Of a stretch of DNA of 64,000 bases, positions 49,901 through 60,201 are shown one piece after another. Position 1 is the stretch's first letter, and each line of letters opens with the position of its first letter. Under the pieces are notes generated by a model. It worked only from the letters and a program-made list of their open reading frames with translations. It searched no databases and had not been told where the DNA came from. Location of the stretch: contig JAGNGI010000004.1 of the NCBI GenBank assembly GCA_018002295.1, positions 3,345-67,344 of the forward strand, written 5' to 3'. The translations under genes and the position numbers were made by a program. Source of the stretch: Fidelibacterota bacterium. GTDB taxonomy: Bacteria; Fidelibacterota; UBA2242.

Positions 49901-51028
49901 ATGGACAAAAAGTTATTGATTGCCATTACCGCTCTAACCAGCATTTTGACGGTTAATTGTGCGAAAAAGGAGCAGGGTAGCCAAGCTTCGGTAGAAATCT
50001 TCGGGACATTGTCAAATGGCACCGAAATAAAAAAATATACGATTTCCAATAGTAAGGGATTGACAGCCGAAATTATCAATTACGGAGCCAGAGTAGTATC
50101 ATTGAAAGCACCTGATCGTACCGGCAAAATTGAAGACATTATCTTCGGTTTTGATGATTTGGCTTCTTATGAGCGCGATAATTCCTATCAAGGCGCTATC
50201 GTTGGGCGCTACGGTAACCGCATTCGGGATGGTAAGTTTAGTTTAGAGGGAAAGACGTATCAGCTTGATATTAATGATGGTAAGAATCATCTACACGGTG
50301 GAAAAGACGGATTTTATAGACAGGTTTGGGAATGTCGCGAGGCTGATTCCAGATCAATTCAGCTATGTTACATCAGTCCGGATGGGGAAGGCGGATATCC
50401 GGGACAAGTTGAAATAACTGTTATTTATACAATTACGGATGATAATGGACTCAAGATCGAATATAGTGCCAAAACCGACAAGACGACGATTTTGAATCCA
50501 ACCAGTCATTGCTATTTCAATTTGAGTGGATTTCCGGAAAAAAGTATCTTAGATCACGAACTAATGATAAATGCCGACTATTTTACGCCGGTGGATGCCG
50601 GTTTAATTCCAACCGGTGAAATTCGACTTGTTGCAGGTACGCCGATGGATTTCCGAGTTGCAAAAGCGGTTGGCAAAGACATTGAAGCCGATGATGAACA
50701 AATTTTATATGGCAACGGCTACGATCATAACTGGGTTCTGAACGATTATAACGGGCAGGTTCGACTTGCGGCGACTTTGTACGAAAAAGAAACTGGCCGA
50801 TTGATGGAAGTTTTAACCGACCAACCGGGCTTGCAATTTTATTCTGGAAATTTCCTGGATGGTTCAATGACCGGCAAGGGAGGGGTAAAGTATAATCACC
50901 GTACCGCTCTTTGTCTGGAAGCTCAGGCTTTTCCGGATTCGCCCAATAAGCCTAATTTTCCGTCGGTGGTTTTAAGACCCGGTGAAGAATATAAGCAGAC
51001 GACAATCTATCGTTTTTCGACAAAATAG
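49901..51028 (+). CDS. galM: aldose 1-epimerase (galactose mutarotase), lipoprotein
   Basis: Lipoprotein signal (…LTVNC). HGG…, CYFNL and C-terminal NHRTALCLEAQAFPDSPNKPNFPSVVLRPGEEY mutarotase signature. Confidence 0.8.
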   Translation: MDKKLLIAITALTSILTVNCAKKEQGSQASVEIFGTLSNGTEIKKYTISNSKGLTAEIINYGARVVSLKAPDRTGKIEDIIFGFDDLASYERDNSYQGAIVGRYGNRIRDGKFSLEGKTYQLDINDGKNHLHGGKDGFYRQVWECREADSRSIQLCYISPDGEGGYPGQVEITVIYTITDDNGLKIEYSAKTDKTTILNPTSHCYFNLSGFPEKSILDHELMINADYFTPVDAGLIPTGEIRLVAGTPMDFRVAKAVGKDIEADDEQILYGNGYDHNWVLNDYNGQVRLAATLYEKETGRLMEVLTDQPGLQFYSGNFLDGSMTGKGGVKYNHRTALCLEAQAFPDSPNKPNFPSVVLRPGEEYKQTTIYRFSTK

Positions 51029-51055
51029 TTCAACTTTTAACAAGGGGAAATAGCT

Positions 51056-52801
51056 ATGTTACAGACTTTAGACTGGATAATCATTGTAGGCTATTTTGGA
51101 ATCATTCTCGGAATAGCTTGGTGGGTAATGAGACAGAAGCAAGAAACATCCACAGATTACTTTCTTGCCAGCCGCAATTTGGGCTGGTTCATCATTGGAG
51201 CTTCAATTTTCGCTTCGAATATCGGTTCGGAGCATTTAGTCGGACTAGCCGGTTCAGGAGCGACCGACGGCGTTGCTATGGCGCATTACGAATTACATGC
51301 CTGGTGCTTATTAATCCTTGGGTGGGTGATGATACCTTTCTATATGCGTTCGAAAGTATTCACGATGCCGGAATTTTTGGAAAGACGTTTCTCGCCCAGA
51401 GCCCGGACAGTTTTGTCTCTAATTTCGTTAGTGGCTTATGTGTTGACTAAAATTGCCGTAGGAATTTTTGCCGGTGGTATTGTATTTAGTGTGCTATTAC
51501 CGGATTTGAATTTTATGGGATTAGATAGTTTCTGGGTTGGTTCGATATTGGTAGTGGTGTTGACTGGATTATATACGATTTTGGGCGGTTTGAAAGCCGT
51601 TGCTTATACTGAAGCCATCCAAACGATTGTTTTGGTTTTCGGTTCAATTTTGGTAACCCTGTTCGGTCTAAAGGCTCTCGGCGGTTGGGGAGAATTACGG
51701 GAAATCGCCGGTTCAGAAATGTTTAACCTCTGGAAGCCACTCATTCCCCATGGTGTCGAGGGTACCTGGGCACCAATTAAAGAAAGCGGTCGGATGGCTT
51801 GGTATTTCAATGATAATTATCCCTGGATAGGAATGCTGTTATGCGCTCCAATTATTGGATTATGGTATTGGACAACCGACCAATATATTGTACAGAGAGC
51901 ATTAGCGGCTCCAGATATAAAAACAGCGCGACGTGGCACCATTGCCGCCGGGTACTTTAAATTATTACCAGTTTTCATTTTCATAATACCTGGTATAATT
52001 GCATACGCCCTGGCAGTCAGTGGTAAAATTCCAGCCCTTCAGAGCCAGCTAATCGGACCGGGAGGTGAGGTTATCAGGGATAATTCTCAGAGCGCCTTTC
52101 CACTCTTAGTATCTTACGTCTTGCCGGTCGGTGTTCGAGGTATCGTCGTCGCCGGATTATTAGCGGCGTTAATGAGTTCCTTAGCAGGCGTTTTCAACGC
52201 TTCAGCGACCCTTTTTACGATTGACTTTTACTCACGCTTTCATCCGGAAGCCAGTCAGAAGAAGCTGGTTTGGATTGGCCGGGTAGCTACTGCCGTTATG
52301 GTATTGATTGGTCTGATATGGATTCCGGTAATTCGGGGTGGGAAGGGACTTTATGATTATTTACAAGGTGTTCAATCTTATTTAGCGCCGCCTATTTTTG
52401 TGGTCTTTTTCTTGGGAGTATTTTGGAAACGAGCGAATGCTAAGGGCTGTCTGGCTACCTTGATAACCGGCTTTACCCTTGGTCTTTTCCGATTGGCAGT
52501 TGATACACCGGTAAAATTGTTAAATGTTAAATACGCCGAAGGTTCTTTCCTGTGGATTGTGAATAACATATACTTCCAATACTATAGCCTTTTGATAACG
52601 ATAATATCAATTCTCGTTATGATTTTTGTTAGTTTGGGCACAAAAGAACCTGATTATGAAAAGATCAAAGGTTTGACCTATGGTACCAGAACCGAAGAGG
52701 ATCGCAAGGAATTACGTGCTAATCGGTCACGTGGCGATGTAATCGCTTCGGTCATATTAGTAGTTCTGATTGTTTTGTGCTATATCTATTTTTCGGGTTG
52801 A
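51056..52801 (+). CDS. sodium:solute symporter (SGLT-type) sugar transporter
   Basis: 581 aa, ~14 TM. SSF motifs (DYFLASRNLGWFIIGASIFASNIGSEHLVGLAGSG). Sits between galM and araB. Confidence 0.75.
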   Translation: MLQTLDWIIIVGYFGIILGIAWWVMRQKQETSTDYFLASRNLGWFIIGASIFASNIGSEHLVGLAGSGATDGVAMAHYELHAWCLLILGWVMIPFYMRSKVFTMPEFLERRFSPRARTVLSLISLVAYVLTKIAVGIFAGGIVFSVLLPDLNFMGLDSFWVGSILVVVLTGLYTILGGLKAVAYTEAIQTIVLVFGSILVTLFGLKALGGWGELREIAGSEMFNLWKPLIPHGVEGTWAPIKESGRMAWYFNDNYPWIGMLLCAPIIGLWYWTTDQYIVQRALAAPDIKTARRGTIAAGYFKLLPVFIFIIPGIIAYALAVSGKIPALQSQLIGPGGEVIRDNSQSAFPLLVSYVLPVGVRGIVVAGLLAALMSSLAGVFNASATLFTIDFYSRFHPEASQKKLVWIGRVATAVMVLIGLIWIPVIRGGKGLYDYLQGVQSYLAPPIFVVFFLGVFWKRANAKGCLATLITGFTLGLFRLAVDTPVKLLNVKYAEGSFLWIVNNIYFQYYSLLITIISILVMIFVSLGTKEPDYEKIKGLTYGTRTEEDRKELRANRSRGDVIASVILVVLIVLCYIYFSG

Positions 52802-52825
52802 TATTCAAGCAGTTAACATTATTTT

Positions 52826-54559
52826 TTGGATATTATGGTTAAGACAAAAAAATATACTATCGGATTAGATTTTGGCACTAACTCTTGCCGTTCGCTAATT
52901 GTAGATATTTCTAACGGCCGGGAATTAGCGACACATGTTTTTAATTATCCTTCGGGTGAAGCCGGGATTATTGTTGATTCGGCAAATCCTAACCTTGCTC
53001 GCCAGAACCCGGCTGATTATCTGCTGGGCTTAGAAGTTACAATTCGAGAGGCGCTTCGTAAAGCCGCCCAAATTGAACCTGATTTTTCACCTAAGGACGT
53101 AATTGGAATCGGAGTAGATACTACCGGAAGTAGTCCAATGCCCGTAGATCAAGAAGGTATGCCGCTCTGTTTTCAGGCTAAATTTAAAGATAACCCTTCA
53201 GCTATGGTCTGGCTCTGGAAAGATCATACCAGTTATGCCGAAGCTCAAAAAATAACTGAACTTGCTCGTCAATTACGGCCACAATATTTAGCAAAAATCG
53301 GTGGCATTTACTCATCGGAATGGTTTTGGAGCAAACTCTGGCATCTGCAAAGCGAATGTCCGGAAGTTTTTCGGAACACTTTCAGTTTTGTCGAGATATG
53401 CGACTGGATTCCGGCCGTATTGACGGGTAATACCGACCCATTACTAATTAAGAGAAGCATCTGCGCCGCTGGGCATAAAGCCCTGTTCAACGAGCAGTGG
53501 GGCGGTTTGCCTGATGAAGAATTTCTGAAAAAACTATCACCAGAAATCGCGGCAATGCGTGAACGTCTTTACCAGAAAGCCTATTCGGCCGAAGAGAAAA
53601 TTGGGAATCTATCCCCAGAATGGGCTGAAAAATTGGGACTGACGACTGAAGTCACCGTCGCGGTTGGAGCTTTCGATGCCCATATGGGAGCGGTTGGTGC
53701 TGGAATTTCTACCGGAATTCTGGTGAAAATTCTGGGAACCAGCACTTGCGATATAATGGTCTGGCCGAATAGCGAGAAATTGAATGACATACCAGGAGTA
53801 TGCGGGATAGTGGACGGTTCAGTTCTGAAAGGCTATTTCGGTATCGAAGCCGGGCAATCAGCGGTGGGCGATATTTTTCTGTGGTTTGTTAATAATTTAG
53901 TGCCTGATTCCTTCGGTAAAACTCAAGTAGAAAAGTTCGAAAATCTGGCGAAAGCCGCTGGCGGTCTAAAACCCGGCGAATCAGGTTTGCTGGCACTCGA
54001 CTGGAATAATGGCAATCGCACTATTTTGGTTGATGTTCGGTTGACTGGTTTATTGGTTGGTCAAACTTTGCATACTCAAGCACACGAAATTTATCGAGCA
54101 TTAATCGAAGCGACGGCTTATGGCGCTTTGGCAATTATTGACCAAATTGAAAGCTACGGCGTTCCCGTACGAGAAATTGTCAACTGCGGTGGTTTGGCAG
54201 TCAAAAATCCACTATTGATGCAAATATATGCCGATGTCACCGGCCGACCGATGAAAGTTTCGACCAGTGAACAAACTCCGGCGCTGGGCGCAGCTATCTT
54301 TGCGGCGGTTTCGGCTGGCAAAGCGCACGGTGGATATGATGGTGTTACTGAGGCCCAGCGAGCGATGACCAGCACCGGCAAGGAGTATTTACCCGATAAC
54401 CGTAATCACCAGACATACAAAGAGTTATATACTCTTTATAAACAGATGCATGATGCTTTTGGTACGCCGGAATGGTCTGGAAAAATGTTCAACGTTATGA
54501 AAGATTTGTTAAATATTCGCGACCGAGTAAGGCAGGAGAAATTGTGCTCGAAAAACTAA
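52826..54559 (+). CDS. araB: ribulokinase (FGGY family)
   Basis: N-terminus YTIGLDFGTNSCRSLIVD. Length and motifs (GTSTCDIM, GGLAVKNPLLMQIYADVTGRP) match AraB. Confidence 0.85.
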   Translation: MDIMVKTKKYTIGLDFGTNSCRSLIVDISNGRELATHVFNYPSGEAGIIVDSANPNLARQNPADYLLGLEVTIREALRKAAQIEPDFSPKDVIGIGVDTTGSSPMPVDQEGMPLCFQAKFKDNPSAMVWLWKDHTSYAEAQKITELARQLRPQYLAKIGGIYSSEWFWSKLWHLQSECPEVFRNTFSFVEICDWIPAVLTGNTDPLLIKRSICAAGHKALFNEQWGGLPDEEFLKKLSPEIAAMRERLYQKAYSAEEKIGNLSPEWAEKLGLTTEVTVAVGAFDAHMGAVGAGISTGILVKILGTSTCDIMVWPNSEKLNDIPGVCGIVDGSVLKGYFGIEAGQSAVGDIFLWFVNNLVPDSFGKTQVEKFENLAKAAGGLKPGESGLLALDWNNGNRTILVDVRLTGLLVGQTLHTQAHEIYRALIEATAYGALAIIDQIESYGVPVREIVNCGGLAVKNPLLMQIYADVTGRPMKVSTSEQTPALGAAIFAAVSAGKAHGGYDGVTEAQRAMTSTGKEYLPDNRNHQTYKELYTLYKQMHDAFGTPEWSGKMFNVMKDLLNIRDRVRQEKLCSKN

Positions 54560-55239
54560 AAACTGAAGTTCTGAATGCCAACCGATCTCTGGTGCAGTAT
54601 GGATTGGTGATTTTAACCTGGGGCAATGTCAGTGGCATTGATCGTGAGAAAAATCTAGTCGTTATCAAACCGAGTGGTATCGAATATGACAAGTTGACGA
54701 TTGACGATCTGGTAGTAGTGAATTTGGATGGGAGAGTAGTTGAAGGTAATCGCCGTCCATCGTCGGATACCCCGACACATCTGGCTTTATATCGAGCGTT
54801 TGACAACATTGGCGGAATCAGCCATACCCATAGCGATTACGCTACAACCTTTGCTCAAGCCGGTTGCGCAGTTCATTGCTATGGCACGACGCATGCCGAT
54901 TATTTCAACGGTACGATTCCAATTACTCGTCTATTGACCAAATCAGAAGTTAATCGCGATTACGAATTGAATACCGGTAAAGTTATCATCGAGTGTTTTC
55001 AAGGCTTGGACCCTCTCGCAATGCCGGCCGTTCTAGTAGCTGGGCATGCACCTTTTACCTGGGGAAAAAATGCCACCGAGGCGGCTAAAAATAGCTATAT
55101 TCTGGAAAAGGTTGCCCAACTGGCGTTTCAAAGCATTTTACTGAATGAAAATCTAACGGAATTACCTGAATATATCCGGCAAAAGCATTACTTACGGAAA
55201 CATGGACCGTCCGCCTATTACGGTCAAAATGGTAAATAA
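54544..55239 (+). CDS. araD: L-ribulose-5-phosphate 4-epimerase
   Basis: Collinear with AraD (LKTEVLNANRSLVQYGLVILTWGNVSGIDREKNLVVIKPSGIEYDKLT…PSSDTPTHLALY…HTHSDYAT). GTG start 5 nt after AGGAGA; 231 aa. The ORF track starts earlier at 54472. Confidence 0.85.
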   Translation: MLEKLKTEVLNANRSLVQYGLVILTWGNVSGIDREKNLVVIKPSGIEYDKLTIDDLVVVNLDGRVVEGNRRPSSDTPTHLALYRAFDNIGGISHTHSDYATTFAQAGCAVHCYGTTHADYFNGTIPITRLLTKSEVNRDYELNTGKVIIECFQGLDPLAMPAVLVAGHAPFTWGKNATEAAKNSYILEKVAQLAFQSILLNENLTELPEYIRQKHYLRKHGPSAYYGQNGK

Positions 55240-55257
55240 TCAATAAAGGAATAAAAA

Positions 55258-56745
55258 ATGAAAGTATTTGAAAATTACGAAGTTTGGTTTGTTACCGGCA
55301 GTCAGCACCTGTACGGAGAAGATGTTTTGCGCCAGGTAGCCGACCATTCCCGCGAAATGGCTAAGTACCTATCTGATTCGCCGAATATTCCTGCTAAAGT
55401 AATTTTTAAATCAGTTTTGACTGAACCAGAGGCGATTTTGAATCTTGCGTTGGAAGCCAACAGCGCCAGAAACTGTATCGGTCTGATTGTCTGGATGCAT
55501 ACTTTTTCACCGGCAAAAATGTGGATCGCCGGATTGAAAAACCTACAAAAACCATTTGTTCATCTGCATACCCAGTATAACCGCGATCTGCCCTGGTCGG
55601 AAATTGATATGGATTTTATGAATCTGAATCAATCAGCCCACGGCGATCGCGAATTCGGCTTCATTTGTTCCCGAATGAAAATCAACCGCAAGGTGATTGT
55701 CGGGCACTGGCGCGATGAAAACGTCATAAATGAATTGGCAATCTGGGTCCGCGCCGCGGTCGCTTGGCAGGATAGCCGCACCGGGAAAATTGCCCGTTTT
55801 GGCGATAATATGCGTGAAGTTGCCGTCACAGAAGGTGACAAAGTCGAAGCTCAAATCCGGTTCGGATATTCGGTAAATGGCTATGGAATAGGCGATTTGG
55901 CACAAGTAGTTCAGAATATTCCTGAAGCCGAAATTGATAAATTGATCGAGGAATACAATGCTAAGTATATTGTCGCCAGAGAAGCCGCTAAAGGTGGCGA
56001 GCAATACGACGCTCTGCGAGAAGCCGCCCGTATTGAACTGGGTTTGCGACAATTTCTGAAATGTGGCAATTTTACCGCATTTACGACAACCTTCGAGGAT
56101 TTGCACGGTTTGAAGCAACTTCCCGGTTTAGCAGTCCAGCGCTTAATGGCGGACGGTTACGGTTTTGGAGCGGAAGGCGACTGGAAAACTGCCGCATTAG
56201 TACGAGCGATGAAAATTATGGCAACCGGCTTAACCGGTGGCACCTCGTTTATGGAAGATTATACTTATCATTTCAATCCATCAGGAATGAAAGTCTTAGG
56301 CGCACATATGCTGGAAGTATGTGAATCTGTCGCCGCCAATAAACCCCGCTTAGAAGTTCATCCACTCTCAATCGGTGGCAAAGCTGACCCGCCGCGTTTG
56401 GTATTCAATGCTCCGACCGGTCCGGCGCTGAATGTTTCGCTCATTGATCTCGGTGATCGTTTTCGGATGATTCTCAACGAAGTCGAGAGTGTCCAACCGG
56501 ATGCCGATTTACCAAAACTACCGGTTGCCCGGGTGGTCTGGATACCCAAACCTAACCTGAAGACTGCCGCTCAATGCTGGATTCTAGCAGGTGGAGCTCA
56601 TCATACCGGCTTCAGTCAAGCCTTGACCGCAGACTATCTACGCGACTTCGCCGAAATTGCCGGAATCGAACTGGTAGAAATCAACAACAACACTAATGTT
56701 ACCGAATTCAAGAAAGAACTGCGTTGGAACGAGGCGGTGTACTGA
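55258..56745 (+). CDS. araA: L-arabinose isomerase
   Basis: 495 aa. N-terminus [20 protein letters not shown] and overall collinearity with AraA (…FMEDYTYHF…). Confidence 0.9.
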   Translation: MKVFENYEVWFVTGSQHLYGEDVLRQVADHSREMAKYLSDSPNIPAKVIFKSVLTEPEAILNLALEANSARNCIGLIVWMHTFSPAKMWIAGLKNLQKPFVHLHTQYNRDLPWSEIDMDFMNLNQSAHGDREFGFICSRMKINRKVIVGHWRDENVINELAIWVRAAVAWQDSRTGKIARFGDNMREVAVTEGDKVEAQIRFGYSVNGYGIGDLAQVVQNIPEAEIDKLIEEYNAKYIVAREAAKGGEQYDALREAARIELGLRQFLKCGNFTAFTTTFEDLHGLKQLPGLAVQRLMADGYGFGAEGDWKTAALVRAMKIMATGLTGGTSFMEDYTYHFNPSGMKVLGAHMLEVCESVAANKPRLEVHPLSIGGKADPPRLVFNAPTGPALNVSLIDLGDRFRMILNEVESVQPDADLPKLPVARVVWIPKPNLKTAAQCWILAGGAHHTGFSQALTADYLRDFAEIAGIELVEINNNTNVTEFKKELRWNEAVY

Positions 56746-56860
56746 GAATTGTTACACTATGAAGGCCTGAATTTATTTCAAAGCAGATGTAGAAATAAAA
56801 CTACATTTCCATTAATACATATCATAATTTCGGTGAACGTAAGAGTGTCATGACAACTAA

Positions 56861-56983
56861 AGTAAAACCGCTGGAGATTATAAAGTCCAATGGATGCCTA
56901 AGGGATTACCGAGTGGAATTTACTTCTACCGAATTCAGGCAGGTGCCTACTCAGAAACGAAAAAACTGGTCTTGCAGAAGTGA
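56861..56983 (+). pseudogene. orphan remnant of a T9SS C-terminal sorting domain (last ~40 codons of a lost cargo gene)
   Basis: Frame open from the stop at 56858: SKTAGDYKVQWMPKGLPSGIYFYRIQAGAYSETKKLVLQK*. This matches the tail of the T9SS CTDs elsewhere in the window (…SGIYFYRIEAGSLSSVKKCLLIK). No upstream coding body remains. Confidence 0.5.
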
Positions 56984-57292
56984 TTAGACTTCAGGTCTTT
57001 TCCGATATTTCAGATATTTCCGATGCATATCTGCTGATTTGCTGATAACAACAATTTGATGGTTCTCGTTTAGACGCAGGATAGATAAAGACCCTGCAAA
57101 ATAATTGGGATTATCTCTTAAAGAGAATAACTCTCCTGACTTTGTTGCTCTAAAATACCTTCGCCGTTTCGTAGGTAATATTAATCTATCAATCATCCAT
57201 TTTTCAAATCAGCTTGCGGAGATTTAATATTCCGAGAAATTAGGGATTGTAATTTGCTTGAAATTCGCCACATTGTTTCTTAAAATAACGGC

Positions 57293-58003
57293 GTGAAAAT
57301 GAGATATAGAATAGAATTACTTGTATTGATCGTGACATTTTGCCTGTTTGCTACTATATGTTCTAAAAAACAATCGGAACCAACTAGTGAGTTTAGCCCG
57401 GAAGTTGGCGACCTAATGTTTCAAGATTTAGATGGCAGTCCGTTTTATGACGCGATTGAAACCGTTACGAAAGGCTATCAAGGTGCGAGTCTCAGCCATA
57501 TAGGCATCGTCACCAAAGATTCGAGCGGTAAAATTTTTGTGCTGGAAGCGATACTTGCCGGAGTCAGTTTGACCCCGCTCTTTGAATTTTTAGCTAGAAG
57601 TTATGACAATCAAAATCATCCCAAAGTCTTAGTCGGCCGACTCAAGCCGAAATATCGCCACCAAATTCTACCGGCATTAAAGGAAGCCCAAAAACTTATT
57701 GGTAAACCTTACGACAATTTTTTCGACATTGAAAACGATGCCTATTATTGCTCTGAAGTAATTTATAAGGCTTTTCTCAAATCGACTGATAATCAGTCAC
57801 TTTTTAAACTGCAACCAATGACATTTGTTGATCCAAGTACAGGAGAAACTTTTCCGATATGGCTGGAGTATTTCGCCGAACTCGGTGTGGCTATCCCAGA
57901 AGGAAAGTTAGGTATCAATCCTGGTGAAATATCGCGCTCAAGAGCTATTGACATCATATATAATTATGGAATTCCAGACGGTTGGAAAAAGCTCAACAAA
58001 TAA
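57293..58003 (+). CDS. YiiX/YaeF-family permuted papain-like (C92) amidase, lipoprotein
   Basis: Lipoprotein signal (…FATIC). Motifs GDLMFQD, SLSHIGIV and catalytic-Cys context AYYCSEVIYKAF. GTG start; ATG at 57299. Confidence 0.6.
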   Translation: MKMRYRIELLVLIVTFCLFATICSKKQSEPTSEFSPEVGDLMFQDLDGSPFYDAIETVTKGYQGASLSHIGIVTKDSSGKIFVLEAILAGVSLTPLFEFLARSYDNQNHPKVLVGRLKPKYRHQILPALKEAQKLIGKPYDNFFDIENDAYYCSEVIYKAFLKSTDNQSLFKLQPMTFVDPSTGETFPIWLEYFAELGVAIPEGKLGINPGEISRSRAIDIIYNYGIPDGWKKLNK

Positions 58004-58022
58004 AAATGAAAGGAATATCCCT

Positions 58023-59006
58023 TTGAAACAAATTAGAATCGGTATCGTCGGCTATGGAAATCTTGGTCGAGGAGTGGAACAGGCTGTAACTCAGAATCCG
58101 GATATTGAATTAGTAGCCATTTTCACCAGAAGAGACCCAGCTAAAATTATAACGGCAAGTGAATCTACTAAGGTGCTGAGCGCCAATGAATTAGCAAGTA
58201 TGCAATCAGCAATTGATGTGATGATATTATGTGGTGGTTCAGCCACAGATTTGCCGAAGCAAGGACCGGCTTTCGCTTCGTTGTTTAACACAGTAGATAG
58301 CTTCGATACGCACGCCAAGATTCCGGAATATTTCGCTAAAGTTGACAAAGCCGCGCGCGATAATGGCCATTTGGCTATTATTTCGGTAGGTTGGGACCCC
58401 GGGCTATTTTCAATCAATAGATTGTATGCCGAGGCAATCTTGCCTAATGGCAACGGATATACTTTTTGGGGGAAAGGGGTTAGCCAGGGACATTCGGATG
58501 CTATTCGGCGGATTAAAGGTGTCAAAAATGCTATCCAATACACCATACCAATCGAGGAATCGCTTGTGGCAGTTCGTAGTGGTGTCAATCCGCATTTGAC
58601 CACTCGTCAAATGCATCGTAGAGAATGTTTTGTCGTGCTTGAAGAAAATGCGGATAAAGATTATGTCGAAAATACTATAAAAAATATGCCCAACTATTTC
58701 ATTGAGAATGAAACGGTTGTCCATTTTATTTCCGAAGATGAATTTAAGAAGAATCATAGAAAAATGAATCACGGTGGATTTGTAATTCGGAGCGGACATA
58801 CCGGAGCAGGGAATAAGCACATTATTGAATATTCGTTGAAGTTAGATTCTAATCCTGAATTTACCGGAAATGTATTGGTTTGTTATGCCCGTGCGGCTTA
58901 CCGTTTAGCGCAAACCGGCGCAATAGGTGCGAGAACTGCGTTTGACATTCCGCCGGCTTTATTGTCACCCAAGAGTGGCGAACAACTGCGGAACGAGTTA
59001 TTGTGA
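58023..59006 (+). CDS. ddh: meso-diaminopimelate D-dehydrogenase
   Basis: Collinear with Corynebacterium Ddh (IRIGIVGYGNLGRGVEQAV…ILCGGSATDLP…SVGWDPGLFSINRLYAEA…FWGKGVSQGHSDAIRRIKGV…). TTG start after GAAAGGA. The ORF track extends upstream into the previous gene. Confidence 0.8.
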   Translation: MKQIRIGIVGYGNLGRGVEQAVTQNPDIELVAIFTRRDPAKIITASESTKVLSANELASMQSAIDVMILCGGSATDLPKQGPAFASLFNTVDSFDTHAKIPEYFAKVDKAARDNGHLAIISVGWDPGLFSINRLYAEAILPNGNGYTFWGKGVSQGHSDAIRRIKGVKNAIQYTIPIEESLVAVRSGVNPHLTTRQMHRRECFVVLEENADKDYVENTIKNMPNYFIENETVVHFISEDEFKKNHRKMNHGGFVIRSGHTGAGNKHIIEYSLKLDSNPEFTGNVLVCYARAAYRLAQTGAIGARTAFDIPPALLSPKSGEQLRNELL

Positions 59007-59078
59007 TCATTTTTAGATCGTTTAAATCTGGTTGGATAATCATAGATAAATTTTATTTTTAAAATAAATTTAATTATA

Positions 59079-60116
59079 ATGAAAGCAGTATCACTCACCG
59101 GAATCAGACAATTCACCATCCAGCAGGTTGCCGATCCAACAATTGTAAATGACACCGATGTATTAATTCGAGTTAAAATGGTCGGAGTTTGCGGCTCAGA
59201 CATCCATTATTATAAAAATGGCAAAATTGGATCGCAGGTTATTCAATTTCCATTCATCATCGGGCACGAAGCCACTGGAATCGTTGAAAAGGTTGGGAAT
59301 AAAGTTACTCGAGTCAAAATCGGTCAGCGGATTGCCATTGATCCGACAGTATTCTGTGGCAATTGCGACCAGTGTCGCTCAGGTCGTGAAAATACCTGCC
59401 GCAACCTGAAATTCCTGGGTACTCCAAAACAACTAAACGGTGCTCTATGCGAGTATATCGTGCTCCCGGAAAATTGTTGCTATCCAATCAGTGATAAAAT
59501 GACCTTCGAGCAGGCTGTTTTATCTGAACCATTAGCGATTGCGATTTATTCCGTCGCAAGATCCCGGCTTCCGGATAATGCTAATGTTGCTATCCTGGGA
59601 GTCGGACCGATTGGTATGTCGGTTTTTTGTATCTTGCGAACAAAAAATGTCGGTTATATCTATGTAACTGATAAAATTCAGGAACGCCTCGATTTTGCCC
59701 AACAATTAAATCCTGAGTGGCGCGGTAATCCAGATTTAACTGATGTAGTTAGCGAAATTAATAAACGAGAGCCTCTACAACTGGACGTCGTTTATGAATG
59801 TAGCGGAGATACAACAGCAATTAGTCAGGCAATTCAATTGCTTAAACCAGGTGGAATTCTAGTATTGGTTGGCATCCCTGAAATGGATGAAATTTCATTT
59901 CCAATTCATGAGCTTCGACGTAGGGAGATCACCATAATTAATGTCCGTCGCCAAGTCCGTTGCACTCAAAAAGCTATCGATTTATTAGAAAGCCATCTGG
60001 TAAATATGAATGCAATGGCGACGCATCATTTTCCACTCGAAAAAACTGCCGAAGCATTCGAACTGGTTGCTAATTATCGGGATGGTGTAATGAAAGCGCT
60101 AATTTCCATAGATTAA
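59079..60116 (+). CDS. zinc-dependent medium-chain dehydrogenase (sorbitol/L-iditol/threonine dehydrogenase-like)
   Basis: GVCGSDIHYY, GHEATGIV, structural-zinc Cys4 CGNCDQCRSGRENTC and Rossmann GVGPIG. Confidence 0.75.
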   Translation: MKAVSLTGIRQFTIQQVADPTIVNDTDVLIRVKMVGVCGSDIHYYKNGKIGSQVIQFPFIIGHEATGIVEKVGNKVTRVKIGQRIAIDPTVFCGNCDQCRSGRENTCRNLKFLGTPKQLNGALCEYIVLPENCCYPISDKMTFEQAVLSEPLAIAIYSVARSRLPDNANVAILGVGPIGMSVFCILRTKNVGYIYVTDKIQERLDFAQQLNPEWRGNPDLTDVVSEINKREPLQLDVVYECSGDTTAISQAIQLLKPGGILVLVGIPEMDEISFPIHELRRREITIINVRRQVRCTQKAIDLLESHLVNMNAMATHHFPLEKTAEAFELVANYRDGVMKALISID

Positions 60117-60201
60117 TGTTTTTTGATTTATTTAGATGATATTTAAGGTTATGTAATATAATTAAATGAAAGGGTAGAGGCACAAAAGGAGCAATTTTAT
60201 C

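Noticed and set aside
56984-57196. Minus-strand 70-aa ORF upstream of the YiiX-like gene
   Set aside because: Highly basic, no recognisable motif, and overlaps a region with small direct repeats. Treated as non-coding.
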